Positions 46,842-57,665 of a stretch of DNA of 64,000 nt are shown one piece after another; the stretch's first letter is position 1; each line of letters begins with the position of its first letter. The notes below the pieces were generated by a model. The model saw nothing but the letters and a program-made list of their open reading frames with translations. It had not been told where the DNA came from and made no database searches. Source of the DNA: an uncultured bacterium (GTDB lineage: Bacteria; Pseudomonadota; Alphaproteobacteria; UBA8366; JADFVY01). The position numbers and the translations under genes are program-made. The stretch covers positions 6,154-70,153 of the forward strand of contig CBFDDT010000002.1 of assembly GCA_965603635.1 (NCBI GenBank). Direction: 5' to 3'.

Positions 46842-47312
46842 CTACTGGACGATCTTCCAGGCTCCGTCGGGCTGCTGGCAGGCGACGCCATAGGCGTCTT
46901 CCGGGCGGCCGCCGATTGTCACGGTCTGCTGGAACTCGCGGCAATATTCGCCGGTCTGGTCGTGGGTTCCCTCGCGAACCGGGGTGACCGACCCGTAATG
47001 GCCGTTGTCGGGGTTCTCCCATGTGATCGGCTGACCGATCGGCGCGGTCTGGGCCTGTTCGTAGGCGCGCTCCGCGGCCATCTGGTCGGCGCGGTCCATG
47101 GAACGACCGACCTCGCCGCCCAGCAACGCACCTAGCAGGGTGCCGATGGCGACGCCCACTACCCGGCCACTACCACCCCCAACCTGGGCGCCAACGACCG
47201 CGCCGGTACCGGCGCCGATGACCGTTCCCGCCGTCTCCTTCTGTCCCATGCCGGCACAGGCCGACAGCATCGATGCCGTCGTGGCAATGACGATGATTTT
47301 CTTGACCAACAT
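46842..47312 (-). CDS. Glycine-zipper surface-antigen-type lipoprotein (17 kDa antigen / RT0821-like)
   Basis: Start ATG at 47312. Lipobox (ASMLSAC), a Gly-zipper (GAGTGAVVGAQVGGGSG) and a C-terminal YCREF...CQQPDGAWK domain. Confidence 0.75.
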   Translation of the reverse strand: MLVKKIIVIATTASMLSACAGMGQKETAGTVIGAGTGAVVGAQVGGGSGRVVGVAIGTLLGALLGGEVGRSMDRADQMAAERAYEQAQTAPIGQPITWENPDNGHYGSVTPVREGTHDQTGEYCREFQQTVTIGGRPEDAYGVACQQPDGAWKIVQ

Positions 47313-47434
47313 GACGTGTCCTTTCACTTTGTGGCCACCTGAGTCGCCTCCGGCCCCTACACGGGTGAACTTATACTCGAAATGCGGAAAGGCGATTGAT
47401 CTGTCACAAATGCCATGTGTTATATGAATGTGAG

Positions 47435-48025
47435 ATGACTGAAAAACAAGAAGCCAATCCATTTGAACGTTTCGCGGCCTGGTTCGAGGAAGCCAGGGGG
47501 GCGGAGCCAAACGATCCCAACGCCATGACGCTGGCCACCGCCGACTCACGCGGGCGGGCATCGGCGCGCATGGTGCTGTTGAAGGATTTCGACGAGGCGG
47601 GATTCGTATTCTACACCAACCTGGAAAGCCGCAAGGGCGGCGACCTGGCCGAAAACCCTTATGCCGCCCTGCTGTTCCACTGGAAAAGCCTGCGTAGACA
47701 AGTGCGCGTGGAAGGGCCGGTAACGCCGGTCAGCGACGAAGAAGCCGACGAATATTTCGCCAGCCGCCCGCGCGGCAGCCGTATTGGCGCCTGGGCCAGC
47801 GACCAGTCGCGCCCGATGGAGGGCATGTTCGTGCTGGAACGGCGAGTCGCGGAGTTCACCGCCAAATTTGGACTGGGCAAGATCGAACGGCCGCCGCACT
47901 GGTCTGGCTTTCGCATCGCGCCGGAACGCATTGAGTTCTGGCGGGACGGGAAATTCCGGCTGCATGAGCGGGCGGTTTTCATCCGCGAGGGTGAAACCTG
48001 GCGGACCGAGCGGCTGTTCCCATGA
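47435..48025 (+). CDS. pdxH: Pyridoxamine 5'-phosphate oxidase
   Basis: Start ATG at 47435. Contains [30 protein letters not shown] and [14 protein letters not shown]. Confidence 0.9.
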   Translation: MTEKQEANPFERFAAWFEEARGAEPNDPNAMTLATADSRGRASARMVLLKDFDEAGFVFYTNLESRKGGDLAENPYAALLFHWKSLRRQVRVEGPVTPVSDEEADEYFASRPRGSRIGAWASDQSRPMEGMFVLERRVAEFTAKFGLGKIERPPHWSGFRIAPERIEFWRDGKFRLHERAVFIREGETWRTERLFP

Positions 48026-48957
48026 CGGGCGACGAACTGCCCGCGGGGAATGGCCCGGTGACGAGCAAGGAGAATGGCCGCCTGATGAAGCTGGCCACCT
48101 ATGCCTCGGTGTCGGTGGCCTGCCTGTTGATCGCGCTGAAGACCGGCGCCTGGATTGCCACCGAATCGATCGCCATGCTGTCGACGCTGGTGGATTCGTT
48201 GCTGGACGCGCTGGCCTCGATCGTCAATCTTGTCGCCGTGCGCCATGCCCTGACACCCGCCGATCAGGAACATCGATTTGGCCATGGCAAGGCGGAGGCG
48301 CTGTCGGCGATGGCGCAGTCGGCGTTTATCGCCGGGTCGTCGGTGCTGTTGCTGTTTCAGGCCGGCGAGCGTTTCATTCATCCACGCCCGCTGGCCGCGC
48401 CCGAGGCCGGTATCTGGGTTATGGCCGTCTCCATCGTCCTGACCCTTGTGCTGGTGGCGTTCCAGACCTGGGTGGTGCGGCGCACGAAATCAGTCGCGGT
48501 GGCCGCCGACTCGCTGCATTACAGGGGCGACATCCTGGTCAATGTCGCGGTGATCGCGGCCCTGGTGCTGGGAAGCTGGTTCGGCTTGATCTATGCCGAC
48601 CCGATCTTCGGCACGGTCATAGCGTTCTATATCCTCTACAATGCCTGGCTGATCGTGCGCGATGCGCTGGATATGCTGATGGACCGCGAACTGCCGGACG
48701 ACGAACGGCAAAGGATCCGCGAAATCGCGTTGACCCACGCGGACGTGGAGAGCCTGCACGACATGCGCACCAGGCGCTCGGGGCAAACCAGCTTTATCCA
48801 GTTCCATCTGGTGATGAGCGCGGAATTGACCCTGCTCAAAGCGCATGAGGTTTCCGACGAGGTAGAGTTGGAACTGCGCCGGGCCTTCCCCGACGCCGAG
48901 ATACTGATCCACCAGGATCCCACGGGGATCGTCGAGAAGCACGCCTTTCATTCCTGA
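48022..48957 (+). CDS. Cation diffusion facilitator family transporter (FieF-like)
   Basis: ATGA overlap with the pdxH stop. Six TM helices with DSLLDAL and HYRGDILVN metal-site contexts, plus a C-terminal cytoplasmic domain. Confidence 0.9.
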   Translation: MTGDELPAGNGPVTSKENGRLMKLATYASVSVACLLIALKTGAWIATESIAMLSTLVDSLLDALASIVNLVAVRHALTPADQEHRFGHGKAEALSAMAQSAFIAGSSVLLLFQAGERFIHPRPLAAPEAGIWVMAVSIVLTLVLVAFQTWVVRRTKSVAVAADSLHYRGDILVNVAVIAALVLGSWFGLIYADPIFGTVIAFYILYNAWLIVRDALDMLMDRELPDDERQRIREIALTHADVESLHDMRTRRSGQTSFIQFHLVMSAELTLLKAHEVSDEVELELRRAFPDAEILIHQDPTGIVEKHAFHS

Positions 48958-48974
48958 GCCCCACGAGGGATGCG

Positions 48975-50510
48975 ATGAAACCGGGCGAAATCACGCAAGA
49001 CCAGAGCGCCGCGATAGCGTTCTTGCAGGCTTTGGCCGCCCGAGAGGGCGGCAGCCACGAGCGTATCGATACCCATGCCGCCATCGTATTCCTGGGCGGC
49101 GACACCGCCTGGAAGCTGAAACGCGCGGTCTGGTTCCCCTTCCTCGATTTTTCGACCCTCGAAAAGCGCCACGCCGTCTGTGAGGCCGAGGTCAAGCTGA
49201 ACCGGCGCACCGCCCCGGACATTTATCTCGGTTGCCAACCCATTACGCGACGGGTGGATGGCACAATTGAACTGGAGGGTGAGGGCGAGGCCGTCGACTG
49301 GATCGTGGTCATGCGGCGTTTCGATCAGGATCTTCTGTTCGACCGCATGGCGGAGCGCGGCGCGCTGACCGCGGACCACATCATGGAACTGGCCGACGAG
49401 ATCGCCGGCTTCCATGGTGCGGCAGAGCAGCGCCCCGGATTCGGCGGCGCCGAGGCCATCCGCTGGATCGTGGATGACAATATCGAAGAGTTCGCGGCGA
49501 TGCCCGGGACCTTTGGGGAAACGGCCGTCAATGCGCTTAAACATCTGTCGGACGACGCCCTGGAAAAATGCGCGGGGTTGCTGGATAAACGGCGGGAAAC
49601 GGGTTTTGTGCGCCACTGCCATGGCGATCTGCATCTGCGCAACATCTTCCTGTTTGAGGGAAAACCAACACTTTTCGACTGCCTGGAATTCGACGAGAAG
49701 TTGGCCTGTATCGACATGCTGTACGACCTCGCCTTCCTGCTGATGGATCTGGAGCATCGCGGACGGCGTGACTTCGCCAATCTGGCCCTGAACCGCTATC
49801 TGCAGCGCACGGGCGATCTGGGCGGGCTGGCGGCGATGCCGCTGTTCCTGTCCTGCCGCGCCGCAATCCGGGCCAAGGTGGAGGCCAGCGGCGCGGCGGT
49901 TCAGAGGGACGAAATACTGGCCGATGGCATGCGCGCCACGGCGCGGGACTATCTGTCGCTGGCGACGGCCTTCCTGGCGCCCCACCCGCCCATGCTGATC
50001 GGTATTGGCGGCGAATCGGGCAGCGGGAAATCGACCATCGCCGCCGCCGCCGCGCCCCGGCTGGGCGACGCGCCCGGTGCGCTGGTCCTGCGCAGTGACG
50101 TAACCCGCAAGCGGCTGTTCAACTGTCGCATGGAGGATCCGCTGCCACGGGAAGCCTATGACAAAGCGGCGACGGTGCGCACCTATGGTCAGATAATCGA
50201 GGATGGCAAGGCGGCGCTAAGCGCCGGCATGACCGTCATCGCGGATGCGGTTTTCGCGGACCCGGCCGAACGCGACGCGCTGGAGCGAGCGGCGCGCGAG
50301 GCCGGCGTGCCTTTCCGGGGGTTCTGGATCGATGTGCCGCTGGAAACCCGGATAGAACGGGTTTCGGACCGGCGGGGAGACGCCTCGGACGCGACGGAGG
50401 AATTCCTGCGTGGGCACCCTGCTCTCGAACAGGGGCCGATGGGCTGGACTCGCATCGATGCTTCCAGTGCGGTGGGCGTAGTGGTGGAACAACTTCTAGG
50501 GATGGTTTGA
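48975..50510 (+). CDS. Bifunctional phosphotransferase-fold (APH-like) / P-loop kinase (AAA_33-like) protein
   Basis: The N-terminal half has the Brenner motif HCHGDLHLRNIF. The C-terminal half has the P-loop GIGGESGSGKST. Confidence 0.75.
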   Translation: MKPGEITQDQSAAIAFLQALAAREGGSHERIDTHAAIVFLGGDTAWKLKRAVWFPFLDFSTLEKRHAVCEAEVKLNRRTAPDIYLGCQPITRRVDGTIELEGEGEAVDWIVVMRRFDQDLLFDRMAERGALTADHIMELADEIAGFHGAAEQRPGFGGAEAIRWIVDDNIEEFAAMPGTFGETAVNALKHLSDDALEKCAGLLDKRRETGFVRHCHGDLHLRNIFLFEGKPTLFDCLEFDEKLACIDMLYDLAFLLMDLEHRGRRDFANLALNRYLQRTGDLGGLAAMPLFLSCRAAIRAKVEASGAAVQRDEILADGMRATARDYLSLATAFLAPHPPMLIGIGGESGSGKSTIAAAAAPRLGDAPGALVLRSDVTRKRLFNCRMEDPLPREAYDKAATVRTYGQIIEDGKAALSAGMTVIADAVFADPAERDALERAAREAGVPFRGFWIDVPLETRIERVSDRRGDASDATEEFLRGHPALEQGPMGWTRIDASSAVGVVVEQLLGMV

Positions 50511-50584
50511 CACAGGTCATTACGAACATGACACAATAGGCTATAGTCGGACTGGTAGTGTAAATCAGACGAGAGGATTACATT

Positions 50585-51448
50585 ATGGCTATCAAGGTAA
50601 TTCTGACACCGCTGTTCGGCGTCCCGTCGGACGAAGCGGCATTGGCGACGGCGCTGGCCGTGGCGCGGAAGTTCTCGGCTCATATGGATATCATGCATAT
50701 CCGCGCCGACCCGCGAACCATGATTCCCTATATCGGCGAAGGCATGTCCGGCGCCCTGATCGAGGAAATGATCGCCAGCGCCGAGCAACAGGCCGAAGAG
50801 CGGTCGCAAAAGGTACGCAAGACCTTCGACGATTGGCGGGCCAGGACCGGCCTGGCCACCGGCGATTCGGCGGCTGATGGCCCGAACTGCGCCTGGATGG
50901 AGGATACTGGACGCCCGGATGCCTGCGTCGCGCGGCGCGGCCGCGTGGCCGATGTGGTGGTCATAGCGCGGCCCGAGGGCGAAAACGCGGTCACCACGAT
51001 CACCGAAACGCTGGAATCCGCGCTGATGGACAGTGGTTCGCCGCTGCTGGTCGCGCCTTCGAGCGCGCCGGATACCGTTGGCGGGCATGTCGCCGTCGCC
51101 TGGAACGGCGGGCTGGAGGCCGCGCGGGCCGTGACCGCCGCCATGCCCTTCCTGAAGGGAGCAGAGAACGTTACGATCCTGACCATCGGCGATCCCTGCC
51201 CGCGCGAGGCAACGCCGGAAGCGCTGGCCAGTTATCTGGCCAGCCACGGGGTGAAGGCGCAAATTCGCAATCAAGAGGCGGGCGGAGAATCCATGTCGGA
51301 GACCCTGCTGGCCGCCGCCGGAGAGGCCGGCGCCGATATGATGGTGATGGGCGCCTATACCCACAGCCGCCTGCGCGAGCTGGTATTCGGCGGCGTAACC
51401 TATGAGGTCTTGACCGCCGCCGGCATGCCGGTGCTGATGGCGCACTGA
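50585..51448 (+). CDS. Universal stress protein, tandem USP domains
   Basis: 287 aa with two USP-like halves. The C-terminal ATP-type motif is MMVMGAYTHSRLRELVFGGVT. Confidence 0.85.
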   Translation: MAIKVILTPLFGVPSDEAALATALAVARKFSAHMDIMHIRADPRTMIPYIGEGMSGALIEEMIASAEQQAEERSQKVRKTFDDWRARTGLATGDSAADGPNCAWMEDTGRPDACVARRGRVADVVVIARPEGENAVTTITETLESALMDSGSPLLVAPSSAPDTVGGHVAVAWNGGLEAARAVTAAMPFLKGAENVTILTIGDPCPREATPEALASYLASHGVKAQIRNQEAGGESMSETLLAAAGEAGADMMVMGAYTHSRLRELVFGGVTYEVLTAAGMPVLMAH

Positions 51449-51517
51449 TGTTTCCCCGTTGCGCGGGCGGCTCCGGTTCGCTTCCCCACCCGCGCGGTTT
51501 CGGATAGACTCGGCGCC

Positions 51518-52273
51518 ATGAGCGAAGAACAACGAAAGACGGTTATCCTGACGGGCGCGAGCCGCGGCATCGGACATGCCACGGTGAAGCGCTTTTCGTC
51601 GGAAAAGTGGCGCATTATCACCTGCAGCCGCGAGGACACTCCCGAGGCCTGCAAGCGCGACCCTAACTGGACCAACCATATTCCCACCGACCTGGGCGAC
51701 ATGGAGTCGGTCGAGAATTTCGTGATCAAGGCCAACGAGGCGCTGGACGGCGCGCCGCTGCATGCGCTGGTCAATAACGCGGCGGTATCGCCCAAGACCC
51801 CGATCAAGGAGCGCCTGGGCTGCCTGAACGGTCCCATCGAGGGCTGGCGCGAGGTTTTCGATCTGAACCTGTTCGCGCCGCTGATGTTGAGCCGGGGGTT
51901 CGCGACAGCGCTAAGCCGAGGGTCCAAGGGCGGCGGCGCGGCCATCGTCAACATCACCTCGATCGCCGGCCATTTCATCCATCCCTTCGCCGGGTCGGCC
52001 TATTCGACGTCGAAGGCCGCGCTGTCGGCGCTGACCCGCGAGATGGCGGTGGAGTTCGCGCAGCTCGGGGTGCGCGTTAATGCGGTGGCGCCGGGCGAGA
52101 TCGAGACCGAAATGATCGGCGATGAATACGAGCCCCTGATCAACCGCATTCCGATGCACCGCATGGGCACGGCGGCCGAGGTCGCGGGCTGCGTCTATCA
52201 GCTTGTAAATTCGGATTTCGGATATGTAACGGGAACGGAAATCTTCGTCACCGGCGGCCAACACGTTTATTGA
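51518..52273 (+). CDS. Short-chain dehydrogenase/reductase (SDR)
   Basis: TGASRGIGHA, NNAA and the catalytic YSTSKAAL are present. Confidence 0.9.
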   Translation: MSEEQRKTVILTGASRGIGHATVKRFSSEKWRIITCSREDTPEACKRDPNWTNHIPTDLGDMESVENFVIKANEALDGAPLHALVNNAAVSPKTPIKERLGCLNGPIEGWREVFDLNLFAPLMLSRGFATALSRGSKGGGAAIVNITSIAGHFIHPFAGSAYSTSKAALSALTREMAVEFAQLGVRVNAVAPGEIETEMIGDEYEPLINRIPMHRMGTAAEVAGCVYQLVNSDFGYVTGTEIFVTGGQHVY

Positions 52274-52311
52274 GCATTTTTTCCGCTTACGCGGGCCAGC
52301 ACCGAAAAAAA

Positions 52312-52857
52312 TCAGATGCGGGCGTCCAGGGCGGTGAACCAGTCCCGGCGTTCGGTTGCCTCGGCGATTTCGTGGTCCAGCCATTCGGCCAGGTAGCCGT
52401 TGCCGTAACTGCCGCGCAGATCCTGCAACCGGGCAAGCTCGGTTTCATATGCTTCCGCCATAATTTCCGCTTGTTCGTGGCGGTCTTCCTCGGATAGCAA
52501 CTGCAGGAAGCGCATCTTCAGCGCGATCACCAAACGGCTGAGATCATTCGCCAGGCCGCGGACATTGGAGGTCATCAGGACATGGAATGCGGCCTTGCCT
52601 TCGTCCGTGATGCGGAGCATGGCCTCGTCGGGCAGGGTTTCGGTGGCGGCGGTGCCGTCCAGCGCCTCGATCAGGCCCTCGAGCCGCAGCAGTTCAAGCG
52701 ATGTGCCCAGCAGATCGAGCGACGGGCCGACGATACGCGCCACGAAGAAACGAATCTCGCGCGCCAGGTCGCCGTAGCTCTTGTCGCCATCGACAAGGCT
52801 ACCCAGTGCGGCGAGCCGCACCGCTTCGGCGGGAATGAGCGTGTTGTCGCGATACAT
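52312..52857 (-). CDS. Hypothetical protein, possibly a PadR-like winged-helix protein
   Basis: 181 aa. The N-terminal segment (AVRLAALGSLVDGDKSYGDLAREIRFFV...LELLRLEGLIEA) loosely resembles PadR wHTH domains. The C-terminal helical domain is unassigned. Confidence 0.4.
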   Translation of the reverse strand: MYRDNTLIPAEAVRLAALGSLVDGDKSYGDLAREIRFFVARIVGPSLDLLGTSLELLRLEGLIEALDGTAATETLPDEAMLRITDEGKAAFHVLMTSNVRGLANDLSRLVIALKMRFLQLLSEEDRHEQAEIMAEAYETELARLQDLRGSYGNGYLAEWLDHEIAEATERRDWFTALDARI

Positions 52858-52945
52858 GATGTTTCCGTCCGTGTAAAAGCTCCGGGACCAATATTACACC
52901 TAAATATGGGAATCCGGTTAATAAATTCAAATCACATTTTTCGGA

Positions 52946-53797
52946 TCAGCCGGGAGACAGCCCCCGCAGGCGCTCATTGCGGCGGCGCAGCAGTTCCAGC
53001 CCCGTCATCAGGATAATCGAGAAGGTGATCAGCAGCGTGGCGACGGCCAAAATAGTGGGGCTGATCTGTTCGCGGATGCCGGACCACATCTGACGCGGGA
53101 CGGTGCGTTGCTCGAAACCGGACAGGAATAGCACAACCACAACCTCGTCGAAGGAGGTGACGAAGGCAAAAAGCCCGCCGGAAATCACACCCGGCAGGAT
53201 CAGCGGCATCTGCACCTTGAAGAATGTCGTCGCCGGATCCGCGCCGAGGTTCTGCGCCGCGCGCGTCAGGCTGTGGTCGAAGCCAATCAGAGTCGCGGTC
53301 ACGGTGATGACGACGAAGGGCGTGCCCAGCGCCGTATGCGCCAGGATGATGCCCGGATAGGTCTGCGCCAGGCCGACATCGGAATAGAAGAAGAACATGC
53401 CGGCGGCCGAAATAATCAACGGCACGATCATCGGTGAGATAAGAAGCCCCATGAGCGCGTTCCGGTAGGGCAGATAAGAGCGGCTGAGTCCCAGCGCGGC
53501 CACCGTACCCAGGGAGGTAGAGAGGATCGTCGCCGAAATGCCGATGATGAAGCTGTTCTTTATGGAATGCATCCACTGTTCGTTATTGATTATATCCTCG
53601 TACCAGCGCAATCCGAAGGCGTCCGGATCGAGCCGGAGCATGCCGGGGGTAAAGGTGAAATAGGGTTCGGCGTTGAAGGACAGCGGGATGATCACCAGAA
53701 TCGGCATGATCAGGAACAGGAAAATCGCACCGCAAACGGCGCGGAATCCGTAATGCCAGATCCGGTCCAGCGGGGTCGCATATGCGGGCAAGGCCAT
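52946..53797 (-). CDS. ABC transporter permease (PotC/PotI type)
   Basis: 283 aa polytopic protein with the EAA loop (HSLTRAAQNLGADPATTFFKVQMPLILPG). Confidence 0.9.
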   Translation of the reverse strand: MALPAYATPLDRIWHYGFRAVCGAIFLFLIMPILVIIPLSFNAEPYFTFTPGMLRLDPDAFGLRWYEDIINNEQWMHSIKNSFIIGISATILSTSLGTVAALGLSRSYLPYRNALMGLLISPMIVPLIISAAGMFFFYSDVGLAQTYPGIILAHTALGTPFVVITVTATLIGFDHSLTRAAQNLGADPATTFFKVQMPLILPGVISGGLFAFVTSFDEVVVVLFLSGFEQRTVPRQMWSGIREQISPTILAVATLLITFSIILMTGLELLRRRNERLRGLSPG

Positions 53798-53801
53798 GTC
53801 G

Positions 53802-55073
53802 CTATCCCATCTTCATGTTGTCGATGCCGACAAGCTTATTATAGAGCCAGTACAGCGCCAGCACGCCAGCCAGCAGTATGCCGCCCAGCGCCGCCGCCAG
53901 GCCCCAGTTCAGCGATTTCTGCATATGGAAGGCGATGAAGTTGCTGATCAACTGGCCCGATTCGCCGCCGACCAGGGCGGGCGTAATGTAGTAACCGACC
54001 GCCAGGATGAAAACGAGGATCGAGCCCGCGCCGATACCCGGCACCGATTGCGGGAAATATATCTTCCAGAACGCGCGCGCCGGCGTAGCGCCAAGCGATC
54101 GGGCGGCGCGTACATAGCTGGGCGAAATCGTCTTCATCACGCTGTAGAGCGGCAGCACCATGAAGGGCAACAGGATATGCGTCATCGCAATCACCGTGCC
54201 CTGCATGTTGTAAATCATGCGTATGCGGCTCTCATCGTCGAACAAGCCAATGAATACCATTATATCGTTCAGCACGCCCTGTTTCTGCAGCAGCACGATC
54301 CATGAAGTGGTGCGCACCAACAGCGACGTCCAGAATGGCAATAACACCATCACCATCAACAAGTTGCTGATTCTCAGCGGCAAGGTCGCCATCAGATAGG
54401 AGATCGGATAGGCCAGCAGGACGCACAGAACCGTGATGAGAAGGCTGACCCATATGGTGCGCCAAAACAGGGTGACGTATATCTGCCGTTCTTCCGGCTG
54501 CATGGCGACATGACCGTCCTCGTCGAAGGTGCGGTCGAGGGCGGCCATATAAAAGACCATGCTGTAACGCTCGGACGCAAGCCGCATGGCCATCCAGGTT
54601 TTACGTTCACCCCAGCGCTTGTCGATCTTGACCATTTCCTCGGCCCAGGAAACATCCCCCTCGAGCTTGGAAAGTTTTCGGGCCGACGATGTTATTAGCG
54701 AGCGCGAAGCGGGCAGGTCGTAATTCATGCGTGTCGCGATCTTGCCCATCGTCTTGTCCTTGCGCGCTTGGACCAGGTCCAGCGCCACGATGGCGATAAT
54801 ATCTTCCGGCGGCAGTTCATCGGCTTCCGTGTCCCAGCGCGCCAACGCAGCGTTGGTGTTCGGCATGGCCTGGCTGAACACGGGATTATCGACACCGCGA
54901 TAAACCATGAGGCCGATAGGCCAGAGAAAAGTGACGGAAATAAACGCGAGCAAGGGCAAGACCAGCCCCAAGGCGCGAATTTTCATGCGCCGCTCGGTCT
55001 GTTTCAGTTTGGTTTTCAGCGGTACGCCGTCCGCCGTCGTCAGTATCGCCTGGTTCGCCGGTATATCGGCCAT
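53802..55073 (-). CDS. ABC transporter permease (PotB/PotH type) with a long N-terminal extension
   Basis: 423 aa with the EAA loop (SYVRAARSLGATPARAFWKIYFPQSVPG). Confidence 0.9.
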   Translation of the reverse strand: MADIPANQAILTTADGVPLKTKLKQTERRMKIRALGLVLPLLAFISVTFLWPIGLMVYRGVDNPVFSQAMPNTNAALARWDTEADELPPEDIIAIVALDLVQARKDKTMGKIATRMNYDLPASRSLITSSARKLSKLEGDVSWAEEMVKIDKRWGERKTWMAMRLASERYSMVFYMAALDRTFDEDGHVAMQPEERQIYVTLFWRTIWVSLLITVLCVLLAYPISYLMATLPLRISNLLMVMVLLPFWTSLLVRTTSWIVLLQKQGVLNDIMVFIGLFDDESRIRMIYNMQGTVIAMTHILLPFMVLPLYSVMKTISPSYVRAARSLGATPARAFWKIYFPQSVPGIGAGSILVFILAVGYYITPALVGGESGQLISNFIAFHMQKSLNWGLAAALGGILLAGVLALYWLYNKLVGIDNMKMG

Positions 55074-55118
55074 TTCAGCCTTGCCGTCCCTGTCGGTATT
55101 TTTTATTTCTTAAACTCG

Positions 55119-55152
55119 AAAAAACGGGGAGGACGAGCAGCACCCGCCCCCC
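55119..55152 (-). terminator. Candidate intrinsic terminator/attenuator after the substrate-binding-protein gene
   Basis: The minus strand reads GGGGGGGGCGGGUGCUGCUCGUCCUCCCC followed by GUUUUUUCG. This is a G-rich/C-rich stem followed by a U6 run, 14 nt after the SBP stop. Confidence 0.4.
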
Positions 55153-55165
55153 CCGATAACGGGTA

Positions 55166-56251
55166 TTACTTGGCCAGCCAGGCAGCGAACCGCTCGTTCA
55201 GTTCGTCCTGATGGTCGGCCCACCATTCGAAATCATTCTGGAGGGCATTCTTGAAGTTGGCGGGCGCCGTCGGCATTTGCGGGCCCATCTCGACGCCGGC
55301 TTCGGCATGCTTGCCGATCAGCGGGATCGACGAGGCGCGCGCCGGACCATAGGAGATCCATGCCGCCTGGTCCGCAAGACGCTGGGTGTCGGTCGAGTAC
55401 TTGATGAACTCGATCGCAGCGGCCTTGTTTTTCGAGCCCTTCGGGATGCCCCAAAGGTCGAGATCCCAAACCTGGCCGTCCCAGACGATCTCGAACGGCT
55501 TGTTCTCGGTGGCGACCGCGTTGAAGATACGGCCGTTATAGGCGGTGGTCATCGCCACTTCGCCGTCGGCCAGCATCTGCGGCGGCTGGGCGCCGGCTTC
55601 CCACCACAGGACGTCGGCCCTGATGCTGTCGAGAACCGCGAAGGCGCGATCGACGCCTGCCGGGGTGCTGAGCACTTCATAGACCTTGCCGGCCGGGACG
55701 CCATCGCCCATCAGGGCCATTTCCAGGTTCGGCTTCGGGCCCTTGCGCATGCCGCGCTTGCCGGGGAACTTCTTGGTGTCGAAGAAATCGGCCATCGTCG
55801 TCGGGCCGCCGTTCGGGAACTTGCCCTTGTCGTAGGCGTAAATCGTCGACCAGATGATGGTCGCGATACCGCATTCATGCAGCGTGCCGGGCAGGAAATC
55901 CTTGGCCGCCGGCGTGCCGTCAGGGGCGGGCGGCAGACCGTCGAGCGGCAACTCTTCCAGCAGACCCTCGTCGCAGCCGCGAACTACGTCGGAAAGCTCG
56001 AGATCGACCAGATCCCAGGTGACGTTGCCCGCTTCCACCTGCGCCTTGACCTCGGCGAGACCACCGCTGTAGTCCTCCGAATTGATCGTGACGCCGGTCT
56101 TCTTGATATAGGGTTTGTGGTAAGCCTCAATCTGGCTCTTGGTGTAGGCTCCACCCCATGAGACAATGGTAAGGGTATCCGCCGCCTGGGCAGCCGAGGC
56201 GGCAAATAGCCCCGCAACTGCCAGAGAACTTAATTTAAGAAACGATTTCAT
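55166..56251 (-). CDS. Polyamine-type ABC substrate-binding protein (PotD/PotF family)
   Basis: 361 aa with a signal peptide (LSSLAVAGLFAASAAQA). TIVSWGGAYTKSQ and later blocks are typical of SBP_bac_8 polyamine binders. Confidence 0.9.
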   Translation of the reverse strand: MKSFLKLSSLAVAGLFAASAAQAADTLTIVSWGGAYTKSQIEAYHKPYIKKTGVTINSEDYSGGLAEVKAQVEAGNVTWDLVDLELSDVVRGCDEGLLEELPLDGLPPAPDGTPAAKDFLPGTLHECGIATIIWSTIYAYDKGKFPNGGPTTMADFFDTKKFPGKRGMRKGPKPNLEMALMGDGVPAGKVYEVLSTPAGVDRAFAVLDSIRADVLWWEAGAQPPQMLADGEVAMTTAYNGRIFNAVATENKPFEIVWDGQVWDLDLWGIPKGSKNKAAAIEFIKYSTDTQRLADQAAWISYGPARASSIPLIGKHAEAGVEMGPQMPTAPANFKNALQNDFEWWADHQDELNERFAAWLAK

Positions 56252-56368
56252 TTTGGTGCTCCCTCGTTTCGGTTTTCGTTATGCCGGCAATGCCGGCGGC
56301 TTGTTTTCAAGTCGGCCCGCTGTCCGAGCCCCCCGGAACCAGTTGGCCTGCAAAGTCCGACCTGACAG

Positions 56369-57460
56369 TCAGGCGTCAAGCGCCCGACAATCCTCAAATT
56401 CCCAACCTACCTTCACCTTGGTGTTTTCCGCCAGGGCGGCATGCCCCGACGCATTTGGCACCTTGACGATGAAGTCGTCATGGCCGCACACATTGACGCG
56501 CGAGCGAATATGGTCGCCCAGATAGATCAGTTCCTCCACCGTCCCTTCGAAGACGTTGGGAACCGAGCCTTCCGGCGGGTTTATGGTCACCCGTTCGGGG
56601 CGCAGCGACAGGGTCGTGCGCTCTCCAATACCGCCGATATTAACCGGCAGGGCAACGACGGCGCCGCCACCATCGACCTCGACGGTGCAGTTCTCGCCAT
56701 TAATCTCTTTGATTGTTCCCATCAGGCGATTGTTCTCGCCGATAAACTGGGCGACGAACGCGTTTTCCGGCCGCTCATAAAGGGCATCCGGCGTCGATAG
56801 CTGCTGCACCACGCCGTCGTTGAACACGGCGATGCGATTCGACATGGTCAGCGCCTCCGACTGATCATGGGTCACATAGACCACAGACACGCCCAGGCTT
56901 TCATGGATATGTTTGATTTCGTATTGCATTTCCTCGCGCAGGTTCTTATCCAGCGCGCCCAGCGGCTCGTCCATCAAAACCAGGTCCGGGTCGAATACCA
57001 AGGCACGGGCCACGGCCACGCGCTGCTGCTGGCCGCCGGAAAGTTGCCCGGGACGGCGCCCCGCCATTTCCGGCAGGCGGACCATTTCGAGCGCACGTGT
57101 CACGCGGCTTTCCACCTCGTCCTTGCCCATGCGCCGGACTTCCAGCGGAAAGGCCAGGTTTTCAGCCACCGTCATATGCGGGAACAGCGCGTAGTTCTGA
57201 AATACCATGCCGATACCGCGCTTGTGGGGCGGTACATTGTTGATCGGCTTACCGTTCAGCGTGATCTCGCCGTTTGTCGCCGGCTCGAACCCGGCCAGCA
57301 TCATCAGGCAAGTGGTTTTCCCAGAGCCGGACGGACCAAGCATCGTGAGGAATTCACCGCGCGCGATATCCAGATTGAGCTTTTTGACGACCAGAATTTC
57401 ACCATCGTAGCTCTTCTGAACGTCAATGAACCGTACGATCGGCTCGTTATCATTTGTCAT
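56369..57460 (-). CDS. ABC transporter ATP-binding protein (PotA/PotG type)
   Basis: Start ATG at 57460 (MTNDNEPIVRF). Walker A GPSGSGKTT, signature LSGGQQQRVAVARAL, Walker B LVLMDEP, plus a C-terminal TOBE-like domain. Confidence 0.9.
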   Translation of the reverse strand: MTNDNEPIVRFIDVQKSYDGEILVVKKLNLDIARGEFLTMLGPSGSGKTTCLMMLAGFEPATNGEITLNGKPINNVPPHKRGIGMVFQNYALFPHMTVAENLAFPLEVRRMGKDEVESRVTRALEMVRLPEMAGRRPGQLSGGQQQRVAVARALVFDPDLVLMDEPLGALDKNLREEMQYEIKHIHESLGVSVVYVTHDQSEALTMSNRIAVFNDGVVQQLSTPDALYERPENAFVAQFIGENNRLMGTIKEINGENCTVEVDGGGAVVALPVNIGGIGERTTLSLRPERVTINPPEGSVPNVFEGTVEELIYLGDHIRSRVNVCGHDDFIVKVPNASGHAALAENTKVKVGWEFEDCRALDA

Positions 57461-57665
57461 AACTGACTTATATTCCCTGTTCTCGTAGTCCGGCGCAATA
57501 CAGCGCGCCTTGGCGGTCGGCAATCCCGACTCTGTTTCCTATGCTTAAATAAGCACGACTAAAAGTAAAGGGGATAGTGCATTAAACACAATAGCATTCA
57601 TGCGACGGAAACTTCTCGATCCCCGCCGGACCCTGGGCCTGTACGCCCTATGATTGCATTGGAAA

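Noticed and set aside
50189-51763. 524-aa minus-strand ORF spanning three plus-strand genes
   Set aside because: It crosses the boundaries of the APH/P-loop, USP and SDR genes, all of which have clear motifs on the plus strand. Its composition marks it as a shadow frame.
52277-52311. T6 - CCGC TTAC GCGG - ... - A7 between the convergent SDR and PadR-like genes, which looked like a bidirectional terminator
   Set aside because: The T-run precedes the small 4-bp hairpin and the A-run follows it. That is the wrong orientation for an intrinsic terminator on either strand, and the stem is too weak.
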